Shown piece by piece: positions 1 to 12,176 of a DNA stretch of 64,000 nucleotides. The notes under the pieces were generated by a model. The model was not told the origin of the DNA and did not search any database. It saw only the letters and a program-made list of their open reading frames with translations. Position 1 is the stretch's first letter, and each line of letters begins with the position of its first letter. The stretch comes from an uncultured Chloroflexia bacterium (GTDB lineage: Bacteria > Chloroflexota > Dehalococcoidia > DSTF01 > JACRBR01): the NCBI GenBank assembly GCA_963843685.1, contig CAWJLO010000009.1, forward strand, positions 11,155 to 75,154, in the 5' to 3' direction. Made by a program: the position numbers and the translations under genes.

Positions 1-1085
1 TGGTAGCCCTCGGCGTCGTCCTTCTTGGTGCGGAAGCCGAGCTCGCGGAAGGCCTCGCCCATGGCGGCGTTGTCGTTGGAGAGGAGGGTGCGGGTGAAGC
101 GGACGAGGACCTCCTGGAAGGCGGGGCCGAGGTCCTTCGCCTGGCCGAAGTCGATGAGCACGAGCTTCGGGCCGGGGAGCACCATGAGGTTGCCGGGGTG
201 CGGGTCGGCGTGGAAGAACCCGTGCTTCACGATCATCTCGGCGAAGGCGAACACGAGGATCTTGGCCACTTCCCACTGGTCGACGCCGATGCGTTGCATC
301 GCCTCGGCGTCGGTGATCTTCACGCCGTCGATGAACTCCATCGTGAGGACTCGGCGGCTGGTGTACTCCCAGTAGATCTTCGGGACGACGACATCTGAGA
401 CGCCGGCGAAATCGGCTGCGATGCGCTCCGCGTTGTGGCCCTCGTTGATGAAGTCGAGCTCCATGGGGATGTGCTTGCGCATCTCCTCGGCGACGAAGCG
501 GTAGTCCATCGAGCGGTCGAGGCGGTTGAGCACGCTGATGAAGAACGACATGTTGGCGAGGTCGATGTGAACGATGTGCTCGATGCCGGGGTATTGCACC
601 TTGACGGCGCAGACGCGGCCGTCTTTCAGCACGGCGCGGTGCACCTGCGCCAGGGAGGCGGAGGCGACCGGCTGCTCGTCGAACTCGACGAAGATCTCGT
701 GTAGCGGCCGCCCCAGCTCGCGCTCGATGTGGGCGCGGACGTTCGGGAACGATTCGGGCGGGACTTCGTCCTGGAGGCCAGACAGGACGTCGACGTAGGC
801 ATCGGGCAGGACATCGGGGCGCGTGCCGAGGAACTGACCGGTCTTGATCAGCAGGCCCTGGTTCTTGACGGCGGTCTCGTACAGCTTCCGAGCGCTCCAG
901 CGGTGATGCTGCTCGCGGCGCGGCTCTCCCCAGTCGGTACCCTTACGCTTCTCGCGGAAGCTGATGATCTTGTAGCCGATGAAGACGCGGGCCAGCATCT
1001 GGCCGACGTTGAGGAAGCGGACGACGCGATTGCGCGGTGCGTCGCCGCGGGAGCGAGTGCCGTACTCGGAGGATCGCTGAGCCAT
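1..1085 (-). CDS. ABC1/AarF/UbiB family atypical protein kinase (3' end runs off window)
   Basis: Manual translation from ATG 1085: IKTGQFLGTRPDVLP, LQDEVPP, PVASASLAQVHRA, AVKVQYPGI, FFHADPHPGNL. Confidence 0.9.
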   Translation of the reverse strand, partial: MAQRSSEYGTRSRGDAPRNRVVRFLNVGQMLARVFIGYKIISFREKRKGTDWGEPRREQHHRWSARKLYETAVKNQGLLIKTGQFLGTRPDVLPDAYVDVLSGLQDEVPPESFPNVRAHIERELGRPLHEIFVEFDEQPVASASLAQVHRAVLKDGRVCAVKVQYPGIEHIVHIDLANMSFFISVLNRLDRSMDYRFVAEEMRKHIPMELDFINEGHNAERIAADFAGVSDVVVPKIYWEYTSRRVLTMEFIDGVKITDAEAMQRIGVDQWEVAKILVFAFAEMIVKHGFFHADPHPGNLMVLPGPKLVLIDFGQAKDLGPAFQEVLVRFTRTLLSNDNAAMGEAFRELGFRTKKDDAEGY

Positions 1086-1352
1086 GTTCAGTCTTTATGT
1101 TACGGGGTTCACAAGTTGGGCCGCTAGCCGCAATCGAACGCGTACGGCTGCACATTCTGTAACGAATCTCCCAGATCGAGCTGGTTCGCGCAATGGATAC
1201 ACACTGTGTCCATTATGCGATTGACCGAATGCCGTCCAGAAATCTACGTTGCGGATGGACCCGCCTCCGGCGAACAGAGCTCCTGACCGGGCGTGGCGTG
1301 GCGTCGTTCGAGGGTGCGACGCCCCCAGCCCCGCCCGGCGGGAGCGCCGCAT

Positions 1353-2183
1353 CTATCGCCCGGAGGCCGACCGCTGCTTGACGCGCTCGAGCACGGTCCA
1401 GCTGTCCGCATCGACCGGATGCCAGTCCTGGAATGCGAGCCCGTCCGGTTCGCTTGCCGTGCTCACGATCGCGAGAAACCGTATGTCGCCGAACTCCGGA
1501 TCCCGCCACGTGAGACGATAGCTCCACCTGCACTTGGGCTCCGCCGCCGGAGCAACGTTCCACGCCGCGATGAGCCGCGCGAGGAACGCGGGATCGCCGC
1601 GCGCGAACTCCGCCAAGACTTCGTTGAAGTACGGATTGGGCGCGTCGATCGTCTCGGCGCCGCGGGGTCTCGCCTTGGCCGCGGACGCCATCATCTGCAC
1701 GACCTCGTCCCAGTTCAGAATCCGATCGGCGAAGCGGCGGTCGCTCGCCACGCTCAGCACGTTCCGCTGCGCACGCGAGGCGGCGGTTCTCTCATCCTGG
1801 AACGAAATGCCCCACACGGCGGATGCGGCCGTGTTCGCGGCGACGAGCTCGAAGTTGTCGTTCGTGACGAACTCAGGCCAGGGCGCGCACTCGACGACCG
1901 CAGGCAGCTCGTCGACAGTGTAGAAGTAGGCCGGGTAACGCTCGCCGGGGAAGAGGGTCGCGTCGGTCGCGTAGCCCGCCGCAGTGAGCATGCCGTTCGC
2001 CTCGGCCTGGGAGAGGTGGAGCGCTTCAATGAGCGTTGTCAGGCGGTCCCGAGAGGGGTGGCGGGTGCCGAGTTCGCACGACTTGATCGTGCTGGCGGCC
2101 ATGCCGGTGCGGCGCGCCAACTCCGCGCGGCTCAGGCCGAGCTCCTCGCGCGCCGCGCGCAACGCATCTCTCCACGCGTCCAT
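1353..2183 (-). CDS. XRE-family HTH regulator with MmyB-like ligand-binding domain
   Basis: N-terminal HTH (LRAAREELGLSRAELARRTG...ELGTRHPS) followed by PAS-like MmyB region (FELVAANTAA...RNVL...WHPVDADS); divergent from CoA transferase. Confidence 0.8.
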   Translation of the reverse strand: MDAWRDALRAAREELGLSRAELARRTGMAASTIKSCELGTRHPSRDRLTTLIEALHLSQAEANGMLTAAGYATDATLFPGERYPAYFYTVDELPAVVECAPWPEFVTNDNFELVAANTAASAVWGISFQDERTAASRAQRNVLSVASDRRFADRILNWDEVVQMMASAAKARPRGAETIDAPNPYFNEVLAEFARGDPAFLARLIAAWNVAPAAEPKCRWSYRLTWRDPEFGDIRFLAIVSTASEPDGLAFQDWHPVDADSWTVLERVKQRSASGR

Positions 2184-2294
2184 GCCCGAAGCGTAGCGCA
2201 GGCTGGGCCGACCGATCATCGTCGTCTAGAGCCTAGGAGCGGCGCGGCATAGGATTTGCTCGCACGCGTTGCCACTGGCCGGAGGGAGTGTCTC

Positions 2295-3545
2295 ATGGCG
2301 GGTCCGCTGTCCGACGTCACGATTCTCGATCTTACGTGGGTGCTCTCGGGGCCGTATGCCAGCATGGTGCTGTGCGACCTCGGGGCGGACGTGGTGAAGG
2401 TGGAGCGGCCGCCGTGGGGGGACGTGGCGCGGACGACGGGGCCGCACGTCAACGGAGAGAGCGCGTACTTCTTCAGCATCAATCGCGGCAAGCGGAGCAT
2501 CGCCATCGACCTGGGGACCGACGCCGGGAAGGAGCTGTTCCTCCGCGCGGTGGAGCAGGCGGACGTGGTGATGGAGAACTTCACGCCGGGGACGATGGAC
2601 AAGCTCGGGCTGGGCTGGGACGTGCTCCACGCGCGCAATCCGCGGCTGATCTATGCGGCCACCTCCGGCTTCGGGCAGACGGGGCCTGACAGGCTGCGGC
2701 CGGCGCTGGACATCGTCGTGCAGGGGATGGGCGGGGTGATGAGCATCACCGGCGAGCCGGGCGGGCGTCCGGTGCGGCCGGGGCTGTCGCTCGGCGACAT
2801 CAGCGCGGGCCTGTTCACGGCGGTGGGCATTCTCTCGGCGCTGCACGAGCGAGAGCGTTCGGGTGAGGGGCAGATGGTCGACGTGAGCATGCTCGACTGC
2901 CAGATCGCCGTGCTGGAGAACGCGATCGTGCGCTATTCGGCGACGGGCGTCGTGCCGGGGCCGATCGGCACGCGGCATCCGCTGGCGACACCGTTCCAGG
3001 CGTTCCCGACGAAGGACGGGTACATGGTGCTGGCGCTGTCGTGGGGGGTGCCGAACCAGTGGGAGCTGTTCTGCGCGATCATCGGCCGGGCGGACCTGAT
3101 CGACGACCAACGGTTCGAGACGAGCGCGTTGCGGACGCGGCACCACGCAGAGTTGGAGCCGATGTTGAACGACGCGCTGTCGCAACGGACGACGGCGGAG
3201 TGGATCGGGGAGTTCGACGCGATCGGCATGCCGTGCGGTGCACTCAACAACATCCCGCAGGCGATGGCGCAGCCGCAGGTCCGCGCGCGCGACATGCTGG
3301 TGGAGCTGCAGCATCCCCGGATGGAGAAGCCGCTGACGATCTCGAACACGCCGGTCAAGCTGTCGCGGACACCGGGGGGTGTGCGAGGGCTGCCACCGGA
3401 CGTCGGCGAGCACACGGAGCGCGTGCTCGCGTCGTGGCTGGGGCTGGCGGCGGAGGAGATCCGGCGACTGGAGGATGAGGGGGTGATCGCGCAGGCGACG
3501 GGCGAGGGGCTGACACTCCCGCCGGAGGTGCTCGGGAAGGGCTAA
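2295..3545 (+). CDS. CaiB/BaiF family (class III) CoA transferase
   Basis: GPLSDVTILDLTWVLSGPY, NRGKRSIAIDL, DVVMENFTPG, SGFGQTGP motifs; RBS GGAGG upstream. Confidence 0.93.
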   Translation: MAGPLSDVTILDLTWVLSGPYASMVLCDLGADVVKVERPPWGDVARTTGPHVNGESAYFFSINRGKRSIAIDLGTDAGKELFLRAVEQADVVMENFTPGTMDKLGLGWDVLHARNPRLIYAATSGFGQTGPDRLRPALDIVVQGMGGVMSITGEPGGRPVRPGLSLGDISAGLFTAVGILSALHERERSGEGQMVDVSMLDCQIAVLENAIVRYSATGVVPGPIGTRHPLATPFQAFPTKDGYMVLALSWGVPNQWELFCAIIGRADLIDDQRFETSALRTRHHAELEPMLNDALSQRTTAEWIGEFDAIGMPCGALNNIPQAMAQPQVRARDMLVELQHPRMEKPLTISNTPVKLSRTPGGVRGLPPDVGEHTERVLASWLGLAAEEIRRLEDEGVIAQATGEGLTLPPEVLGKG

Positions 3546-3755
3546 CCTGGACGTCCGGCGCACGTTATGTCGCGGACGAGACGATCTGGGCGGATCTCGA
3601 ACGATCGTAATACGAAATTCGGCCAATAAGCGCGGCGGAAGCGCGATTTCCTGTTGCGACAACCCACGGCCGTTCGTGTAACCTCTGCTAAGGCCCCCAT
3701 GTTGGAGGAGGTCCTGGGCCGCGAGACCGGCTCAGTACAGTCAAGGAGGACACAC

Positions 3756-4260
3756 GTGGTACGAACAATACGGCTCATATTGAGCGTGACGGCGATCGAC
3801 AGCCGCGTCATGCTACGGACACGCCTTCCAGTCGCGACAAGCGCGCAATCGGCTTCGTGCGCAGGCCAACAAACGATCACGGCAGGCGATATTTCCGCGG
3901 AGGGCAACCAAACACCGGACCCGACGGCGACGGCGACATCGACATCGGCGGGTGACCCCACGGCCACGTGCACGGTGCCGCCGGTCGTCCACACGGCGAC
4001 GCCGACGCCGACGAACACTGCGCCGGCGACGGACACGCCGGTACCGGCGACCGAGGCGCCGGCGACGGACACGCCAGTGCCACCGCCCCCGACGGCGACG
4101 CGAGCCGGGCGGCGGCGTGGGAGGGCAGGGCGTGCAGCCGCCGAACACCGGCAGCGGACCTGACGCGCGGAGCGTGAACTGGCTTGCGCTCGGCGGGGCA
4201 TTGGTCCTCCTGCTCGCGGGCGGGACGTCGCTTGCCGGAGCAGCGCGACGGCGGCGCTAA
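3756..4260 (+). CDS. Secreted Pro/Thr-rich protein with LPXTG-like C-terminal sorting signal (frameshift ~4105)
   Basis: AAGGAGG RBS + GTG; TPTPT/ATDTPVP repeats; second frame ends QPPNTG-hydrophobic helix-RRRR. Confidence 0.65.
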
Positions 4261-4365
4261 TCGCCGGCATTCGGTAACGCTGAACGGGACGCCGTCACGA
4301 TCGTGACGGCGTCCCGTCGCGTCACTCGGCGCACAACAGAGAACGGATTCCGCCGGGAGGTTCGG

Positions 4366-5314
4366 TTGGCGCACGATCGCGTCTTGGCAGCCATGGCTGC
4401 ACTGGTGTCATGTCTCCTGGCCGCGTCGGCCTCGGCGTGCGGGTCCAGCACACCTCGACATCTGATCGTGTACGAAGCGCAGGTGGGCGACGCGACGAAC
4501 GTGTACACGATCGACGCTGGGTCCGGCGCGACGAGGCAGCTCACGCACGGCACGACGTACGACGGCAATCCGGCGTGGCTCGCCCGACCACGAGCACATC
4601 GTGTTCAGCTCGCGGCGCGACGGCCAGGCGAAGAACGACCTCTACGTGATGGACGCGGACGGGTCGAACGTGCGGCGCCTGACGGACACGCCCGACAACG
4701 GCGAGTGGAGCGCGAAGGTGTCGCCGGACGGCGGGCGCCTGACGTACGTCCGCGACGCGCCGGACGGCACGTGGTCTCTCTGGATCGCGAATGCGGACGG
4801 CACGAACCAACGCCAGGCGGCGGGGCCGTTCGCGTTCGCGGAGTTCCCGGTGTGGTCTCCCGATCCGAACGAGATCTACTTCGCCGCGATCATGCAGGCC
4901 ACATCGGAAGAGCCCGCGCCGCAATCGCACATCTACTCGGTGGACGTCACGACGAACGCGGTGCGCACGCGCATCGACACAGGCGGGACGGACGCGTGTC
5001 CGCACTTTTCGCACGACGGCAAGACACTGACGTATGCGGCGACGAGCAGCGGGGACGAGTACGGCAGCGGGGGGAACCTCGACCTGTTCGCGCACGATCT
5101 CTCGTCGGACGACACGACGGGGGCGCACGACGTTCGGCTGACGACGGACCCGGCGCGGGACGACTACGGGAATCCGTCGCCGGACGACAAGCAGATGGTC
5201 TTCATCTCTGACCGAGACGGCAACGCCGAGCTGTACGTGATGGACCGCGACGGGAGCCACCAACGCCGGCTCACGAACACTCCCGACGCACGAGAGAACG
5301 TCCCGGACTGGTAG
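4366..5314 (+). CDS. TolB-like/PD40 beta-propeller lipoprotein (frameshift ~4579)
   Basis: Lipobox-like ASACG; repeated SPDG/FSSRRDG/LYVMDADGSNVRRLT units; two ORFs join after removal of one C. Confidence 0.85.
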
Positions 5315-5410
5315 ACAACGTCTTCGGACTCGCCCCTCGGCGCCAATCCTGCTTCAATCCGGGAAAGGGCCGACCCAGCGCGGGCGGCGGACTCAGCGAC
5401 GGAGGACGGG

Positions 5411-6034
5411 ATGACGATGCTGGAGCGGTTCCAGGAGCAGACGAAGGGGCTGTTTCCTTCAGTCCTCGGGATGCGGATGGTCGAGGCGACGCGGGAACGT
5501 TTGGTGGCGGAGCTGACGGTGCGGGCGGAGCTGTGCACGGTGCCGGGGATCATGCACGGCGGCGCGATCATGGCGTTCGCGGACACGCTGGGCGCGGTCG
5601 GTACGTCGCTGAACCTGCCGGCGGGCGCGGGGACGACGACGGTGGAGTCGAAGACAAACTTCTTCGCGCCGGCGCGCACGGGCGAGACGATCCGCGGCGA
5701 GTGCGTGGCGCTGCACCGCGGGCGGCGGACGATGGTGTGGAACACGAGGGTGACCGGGCCGGAAGGTCGGCTGCTGGCGCTGATCACGCAGACGCAGATC
5801 GTGCTCGAGGGGGCGCCGGACCCGGCGCAACAGCTGGCGGCGTTGTTCACGGGGAAGTCGACGGAGGAGCAGAAGGCGCTGCTGGCGTCGCTGGAGCGAA
5901 GCGGTGCGGCGGTGTACCGGGCGCTGGCGGAGCGCGAGACGGACGCCGGGGCGAAGGCGGCGCTGCTGGCGGCGGCGGACCGCGAAGAGGAGAACGCTGG
6001 CGTGCTGGACGATCAGCTCGGGAGGATGCAGTGA
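5411..6034 (+). CDS. PaaI hotdog-fold thioesterase with C-terminal ferritin-like helical extension
   Basis: GIMHGGAIMAFAD, TTVESKTNF, HRGRRTMVW; extra tail LERSGAAVYRALAERE...ADREEENA. Confidence 0.8.
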   Translation: MTMLERFQEQTKGLFPSVLGMRMVEATRERLVAELTVRAELCTVPGIMHGGAIMAFADTLGAVGTSLNLPAGAGTTTVESKTNFFAPARTGETIRGECVALHRGRRTMVWNTRVTGPEGRLLALITQTQIVLEGAPDPAQQLAALFTGKSTEEQKALLASLERSGAAVYRALAERETDAGAKAALLAAADREEENAGVLDDQLGRMQ

Positions 6035-7069
6035 AGGCGCTGCGCTACTACGGTCCGCGTGACATCCGGTACGACGACATGGACGAACCGACAATCCGGC
6101 GACGACCAGGACGCGATCGTGCGGATGGAGATGGCCGGGATCTGCGGCAGCGACCTGCACATCTACCACGGGCAGGGGTTCTCGCCGGAGACGGGCTACG
6201 CCGTCGGGCACGAAGCTGTGGGCACGGTGGTCGAGGTTGGATCGGCGGTGCGGCGACTGAAGGCCGGGGACAAGGTGATGCTGTCGGCGGCGGTGGGCTG
6301 CGGGGCGTGCGCGCCGTGCCTGGCGGGGAACGTCGGCCGGTGCGAGACGGCGGGGGCGGGGGTCTACGGGGTCGGGCCAGCGCTGCAGGGGTGCCAGGCG
6401 GAGCTGATCCGCGTTCCGAAAGCGGACTTCAACGCGGCGCGGATCCCGGAGGGGCTCACGCACGAGCAGGCGCTGATGCTCACGGACAACCTGCCGACGG
6501 CGTACTTTGGCTGCCTGAACGCCGATATCGGGCCAGGAAAGACCGTGGCGGTGGTGGGGCTGGGGCCGATCGGGTTGATGGCGGTGGAGATCGCGTCGGT
6601 GATGGGCGCGAGCCGCGTGTTCGCGATCGACCTCGTGCCGGAGCGGCGGGCGATCGCGCAGTCGATGGGCGCCGAGCCGCTGGACGGCGCAACGGCGGTG
6701 CAGGAGATCTTCGCGGCGACGAAGGGGCGGATGGTGGACTGCGTGGTGGAGGCGGTGGGGGCGGACGCGACGGTGCTGATGGCGATCCAGCTGGCGGGGC
6801 CGGGCGGGACGACGTCGGTGATCGGCGTGAACCAGAACATGCAGTTCAACTTCCCGATGGTGCTGGCGTTCGTGAAGTCGCTGACGTTCCGGATCGGCCT
6901 GTGCTCGGTGCAGTGCCACTGGCCGCAGCTGGTGCCGCTGGTCCGGGCGGGGCGGCTGCACCCGGAGCGCTTCATCTCCCACAGGATGCCGTTGAGCGAA
7001 GGCGCGCGGGCGTACGAGCTGTTCGACGGCCGGGCTGACGGCGCGCTGAAGATGGTGCTGACGGCGTAG
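6031..7069 (+). CDS. Zn-dependent alcohol dehydrogenase (MDR family), frameshift ~6100
   Basis: GTG start MKALRYYGPRDIR in one frame; GICGSDLH, GHE, CGACAPC, GLGPIG in next frame. Confidence 0.9.
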
Positions 7070-7078
7070 GGCTACGCG

Positions 7079-8896
7079 TTAGCGCGTCTCCAGGCCGGCG
7101 AGCGTACCGTCGGCGCGCCAGTCCTCGAGGATCTTGACGAAGGCGATGGGGCCGCCGCCGTAGGGTCCGTTCTGGGCGCGGCCGAACGAGGTGCCGCTGC
7201 CGGACTGCTCGTAGGGCTTGCCCTCGTTGTTGTAGTAGCCGGGCGTGCAGGACTCGAGGAAGTCCTGGTTCATGCGGGCGAGGCCGATGATGGTCTGCAC
7301 CCACTGCTCCTCGGCCTCCTGCGAGGGCTCGAGCGCGCGAACCTCGTGGTCCTGCGCGTGCTTGACGATGTAGGCGACGTGCTTCGCCTGCTCATTGAGC
7401 ATGTGGGGGAAGTTCACCGTGAAGCCTGACTGGGCGTTGCTGATGACGAAGCAGTTCGGGAAGCCGCGTACGTGGAACCCGTGGAGCGTGCGGATACCGT
7501 CGGACCACGCCTTCGTCAGAGACAGACCGTCGCGGCCGTAGAGCTCGTATCCGGAGCGGCGGGTGTAGTCGGTGCCGACTTCGAAGCCGGTGGCGAAGAT
7601 GATGCAGTCGAGCGGGTACTCCTGTCCGTTGGCAACGACGCCGCGCTCGGTGATGCGCTCGACGCCCTTGCCGTTGGTGTCGACGAGGGTGACGTTGGGG
7701 CGGTTGAACGTGTCGAGGTACTCGTCGTGGAAGCAGGGGCGCTTGCAGAACTGGCGGTAGTAGGGCTTGAGGGCTTCCGCCGTCGCGGGGTCGTTCACGA
7801 TCGTGTCGACGCGGGCGCGGATCTCCTCCATCTTCTCGAAGTCGGCCAGCTCCATCGTCTTGCCGAGCGCTTCCGGCGAGAAGTCGGGGTTCTCGCTCTG
7901 CTGCACCATGACGAGGAGCTTGCGGATGATGTCGGTCCATCCGTCGCTGACGAGATCCTCCGACTGGAAGCCGCCGGACACGAGGATGTTGAAGTTGTCC
8001 ATGCGCTGCTGCTGCCAGCCGGGCTGGAGGCTTGCGGCCCACTCCGGGTCGGTGGGGCGGTTGGCGCGCACGTCGATGGACGATGGGGTGCGCTGGAAGA
8101 CGTAGAGCTGCTTCGCGGCGGCGCCGACGTGCGGGACGCACTGCACGGCCGTGGCGCCGGTGCCGATGACGCCGACGACCTTGTCGGCGAGGCCGGTGAG
8201 GTTGCCCTGCGACGAGCCGCCGGTGTAGGCGTAGTCCCAGCGGCTGGTGTGGAACGAGTGGCCCTTGAACGTCTCGATGCCGGGGATGCCGGGGAGCTTG
8301 GCGCGGTGGAGGGGGCCGTTCGCCATGACGACGAAGCGGGCGCGCATGCGATCGCCGCGGTTGGTGGAGATGATCCAGCGGAGGGCTTCGTCGTCCCAGC
8401 GCAGCTCCGTGACCTCCGTCTGGAAGCAGGCGTTGCGGTAGAGGTCGAACTTCTCGCCGATGGCCTTGCTGTGGGCGAGGATCTCGGGCGCGCGGCTGTA
8501 CTTTTCGACGGGGACGTAGCCGATCTCCTCGAGCAGGGGCAGGTAGACGTAGGACTCGACGTCGCAGGCGGCGCCGGGGTAGCGGTTCCAGTACCAGGTG
8601 CCGCCGAAGTCGCCGCCCTTCTCGATCATACGGATGTCTTTGACGCCGGCTTCGCGCAGGCGCGCGCCGGCCAGCAGACCGCCGAATCCGCCGCCGATCA
8701 CAGCGACGTCGACGTCGTCAGTCAGGGGCTCTCGGTGGAAGCCGGGCTCGACGTACGGGTCATCGACGAAGTGGGCGAACTCACCGCTGACCTCGAGGTA
8801 CTGCTGGTTGCCGTCGTCGCGGAGGCGCTTGTCGCGCTCCTGGCGGTACTTCTCGCGGAGGGCGTCGGGGTCGAAGGGGCGGTTGGTGGTGACCAT
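7079..8896 (-). CDS. Baeyer-Villiger flavin monooxygenase
   Basis: [21 protein letters not shown] fingerprint [22 protein letters not shown]. Confidence 0.93.
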   Translation of the reverse strand: MVTTNRPFDPDALREKYRQERDKRLRDDGNQQYLEVSGEFAHFVDDPYVEPGFHREPLTDDVDVAVIGGGFGGLLAGARLREAGVKDIRMIEKGGDFGGTWYWNRYPGAACDVESYVYLPLLEEIGYVPVEKYSRAPEILAHSKAIGEKFDLYRNACFQTEVTELRWDDEALRWIISTNRGDRMRARFVVMANGPLHRAKLPGIPGIETFKGHSFHTSRWDYAYTGGSSQGNLTGLADKVVGVIGTGATAVQCVPHVGAAAKQLYVFQRTPSSIDVRANRPTDPEWAASLQPGWQQQRMDNFNILVSGGFQSEDLVSDGWTDIIRKLLVMVQQSENPDFSPEALGKTMELADFEKMEEIRARVDTIVNDPATAEALKPYYRQFCKRPCFHDEYLDTFNRPNVTLVDTNGKGVERITERGVVANGQEYPLDCIIFATGFEVGTDYTRRSGYELYGRDGLSLTKAWSDGIRTLHGFHVRGFPNCFVISNAQSGFTVNFPHMLNEQAKHVAYIVKHAQDHEVRALEPSQEAEEQWVQTIIGLARMNQDFLESCTPGYYNNEGKPYEQSGSGTSFGRAQNGPYGGGPIAFVKILEDWRADGTLAGLETR

Positions 8897-8962
8897 GGTG
8901 GCAGCCTCGTTACGGGGAGATTGCGGACTCGCGAAAGTCTAGCAAGCGGCCCTTCGAAAGCG

Positions 8963-9327
8963 TTAGCCCTCGGGTCTGCGGATTCGAACGATTCCGGGCT
9001 GGACAACCACGATACAGCCCCTCAGCGCGTCAAGGTCGTGCTCCACCAGCAGCGCCGCGAGTGCGGTCTCGAAGGAGATTGGCCGTTGATCGGGGAGCCT
9101 GAGCACGACGATTCCCGGGTGGCTTCCGGGAGGGTACGCGCGGATGTCGGCGAACCCTCGGTCAGGAGGGTTATAAGCAGTCGGTCCTCGTCGCGAACAT
9201 GCTGGGCGACACGTTCGTCCGTGGCCCCGGCCAGCCCCTCCTCGGACAACGTATGGGTGTCGTGCCCGTGGTCAGCGAGGAGTCGGACCAGGCGCGAAGG
9301 CAGGTTCTCATCGAGCTTCGCCCTCAC
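8963..9327 (-). CDS. DUF5615 PIN-like toxin (frameshift ~9165)
   Basis: KLDENLP...GATDERV...LLITL then shifted frame DRGFADIRAYPPGSHPGIVVLRL to TAA 8963. Confidence 0.8.
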
Positions 9328-9560
9328 CGGCTCGGGGATTCGAGTCGCACGATCTCCTCGCGCGCGAGGCGGGCACCGTATGACGCCGCCGCGCGGAGGG
9401 CGTCGACGGTCAGCGTGGGGTACTCCGTCAGAATCTCAGCGTCGGACATGCCGGCGGCGAAGCAATCGAGGATGACGCTGACCGGGATGCGCGTGCCCTT
9501 GATGCACGCCTGTCCGTGCGCGATCCGAGGATCGACGGTGATGAGCGACAGATCGTCCAT
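9324..9560 (-). CDS. DUF433 family antitoxin
   Basis: ITVDPRIAHGQACIKGTRIPVSVILD...EILTEYPTLT; 4-nt overlap with PIN gene. Confidence 0.88.
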   Translation of the reverse strand: MDDLSLITVDPRIAHGQACIKGTRIPVSVILDCFAAGMSDAEILTEYPTLTVDALRAAASYGARLAREEIVRLESPSR

Positions 9561-9619
9561 GACGGCCTCCGTGTCGCCAGTCTAGCAGCCTGAATCACCG
9601 CCTCGCCTTCGCCGTCCGC

Positions 9620-10350
9620 TCACTCAGCTTCCGAGAGCTCGAGGGTCTGGAGGCGGAGGATGGCGGCGTAGAGGGCGCCGATGGTGACGGCGGCGAGGAG
9701 GGGGAAGGCGTAGCCGGCGCCGATCTGGGAGCTGAAGACGTCGGGGCTGATGGTGCTGATGGCGGCGGCGATGGCGAGGCAGTACTCGCGGATGCTGAGG
9801 TAGGCGGTGGCGCTAAAGAGGTTGGTGAGGACGCCCTCCCAGACGAAGACGTAGGCGAGGCCGACGAGGAGGGCGCGACTTGTCATGACGCTGAGCAGGA
9901 TGAAGAGCGCGGTGTAGGCGAGCGCGGCGAGGCCGACGGCGATGGTGAAGGCTGGGACGAGGCCGTGGCTCGGGGCGCCGGCGATGCCGATGGCGCCGGA
10001 GACAGCGGTAGAGACGACGACGAGCGTGGCGCCGACGAGGGCGGAGGCAGCGAACTTGGCGGTGACGATGCTCGACCGAGGGATCGGCTTCGTGAGCAGA
10101 TAGACGACGGTGCCGTCATCGATCTCCGTGCCGAGGGCGGAGGTGCCGAGGACGAGGCAGGTGAGGGGCAGCACGAGCGTGACGACGACGCCGTGCATGA
10201 GGACGTTGGCGGCCCAGTCTTGCGGGTCGACGCGGTCGCCGGCCTGATAGATGAGGGCGAGCGCGATCGGCACGATGGCGAGCAGCACCAGCAGCAGGGA
10301 GCGGCGCTGGCCGGTGAGCTCGCGCAGGGTGACGGTGAAGATGGCGCGGT

Positions 10351-10354
<4 letters not shown>
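9620..10354 (-). CDS. ABC-2 type transporter permease
   Basis: Six hydrophobic segments, EIDDGTVVYLLTKPIPR motif. Confidence 0.85.
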
Positions 10355-11285
<931 letters not shown>

Positions 11286-11289
<4 letters not shown>

Positions 11290-12176
11290 ACGGAGACCCT
11301 CGAGTAGCGGCGGAGGATGATGAGGAGGCAGACGACGGCCATGAGCGCCGCATCGAGCGCATAGACGGAGCCGTTGAGGTTGGCTTCGAACAGCTGCCTG
11401 TCGTCGCTGAAGCTCGGCGAAGAGCCGAAGATCCAGAGCGTGAAGCCCTGCGCGACGTGCAACGGGCTCAGGAGCAGGGCAAGCCTTCCCGTGCGTGCGC
11501 CCGCCGCCTCGAAGACAGCGGTAGCGATGCCGGTGCTGAGGAGGAAAGCGGCGACGATGGCGACGGTGGAGTAGGCACGATTGGGGGTCTGGCAGGCGAT
11601 GGCGAGGCCGATGCCGGCGACGAGCGACGAGAGGAGGAGGGCGCTGGCGACGATGGCGGGGAGATCCTGCCAGTTGTCGCGCAGGTATCCGCCGACGTCG
11701 GTGGAGGCGCTCATGTTGCCGGAGAACATCAGGAGCTGCGGCACGAGGGTCATCCCGAGCATGGCCGTCACCATCGCTGCGCACTTGGCGAGCGCGTAGT
11801 CCTCGCGGCGGAGGGCGCGCGAGAAGTAGAGCGAGAGCGTCTTCGTGCGCTGGTCGCGGCCCATGAGCTCGGGCGCGATGAAGGCGCAGAAGACGGCGAG
11901 GAGCGGCTGGATGACGCCGTAGTAGTCCTCGGGCTTGACGATGTTGAGGTCGGCCGGAGCAACGGCGGCGACGCCGAGCTGGATCACGGCCGGCAGCAGC
12001 GCGATGGCGAGCGGCCCGAACGCGAACAGCTTCGCCCAACCGGAGCGGCCGAGACCGAAGACGCTGCGGAGGCTCTGCGTGTAAAGCGCCCAGACCGCGT
12101 GCCGGCGTCCCAGCCGGGCGCCCGCGTAGCGCTGGTAGCCCAGCTCGTAGATGCTGCCGGAACCCTGGTTAGCCAC
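11286..12176 (-). CDS. ABC-2 type transporter permease
   Basis: Multiple TM segments, DQRTKTLSLYFSRAL motif. Confidence 0.85.

Noticed and set aside
3970-4100. DNA-level repeat array (CCGGCGACGGACACGCC units)
   Set aside because: Explained by the Pro/Thr-rich linker of the encoded protein
7472-9475. Long antisense/shadow ORFs (e.g. 7472-9475, 18266-19834, 22390-23961, 35749-37518)
   Set aside because: Expected in high-GC DNA opposite or out of frame with real genes; Arg/Ala/Pro-rich with no motifs
8963-9560. DUF433/DUF5615 pair as a novel system
   Set aside because: Well-known widespread type II TA-like module
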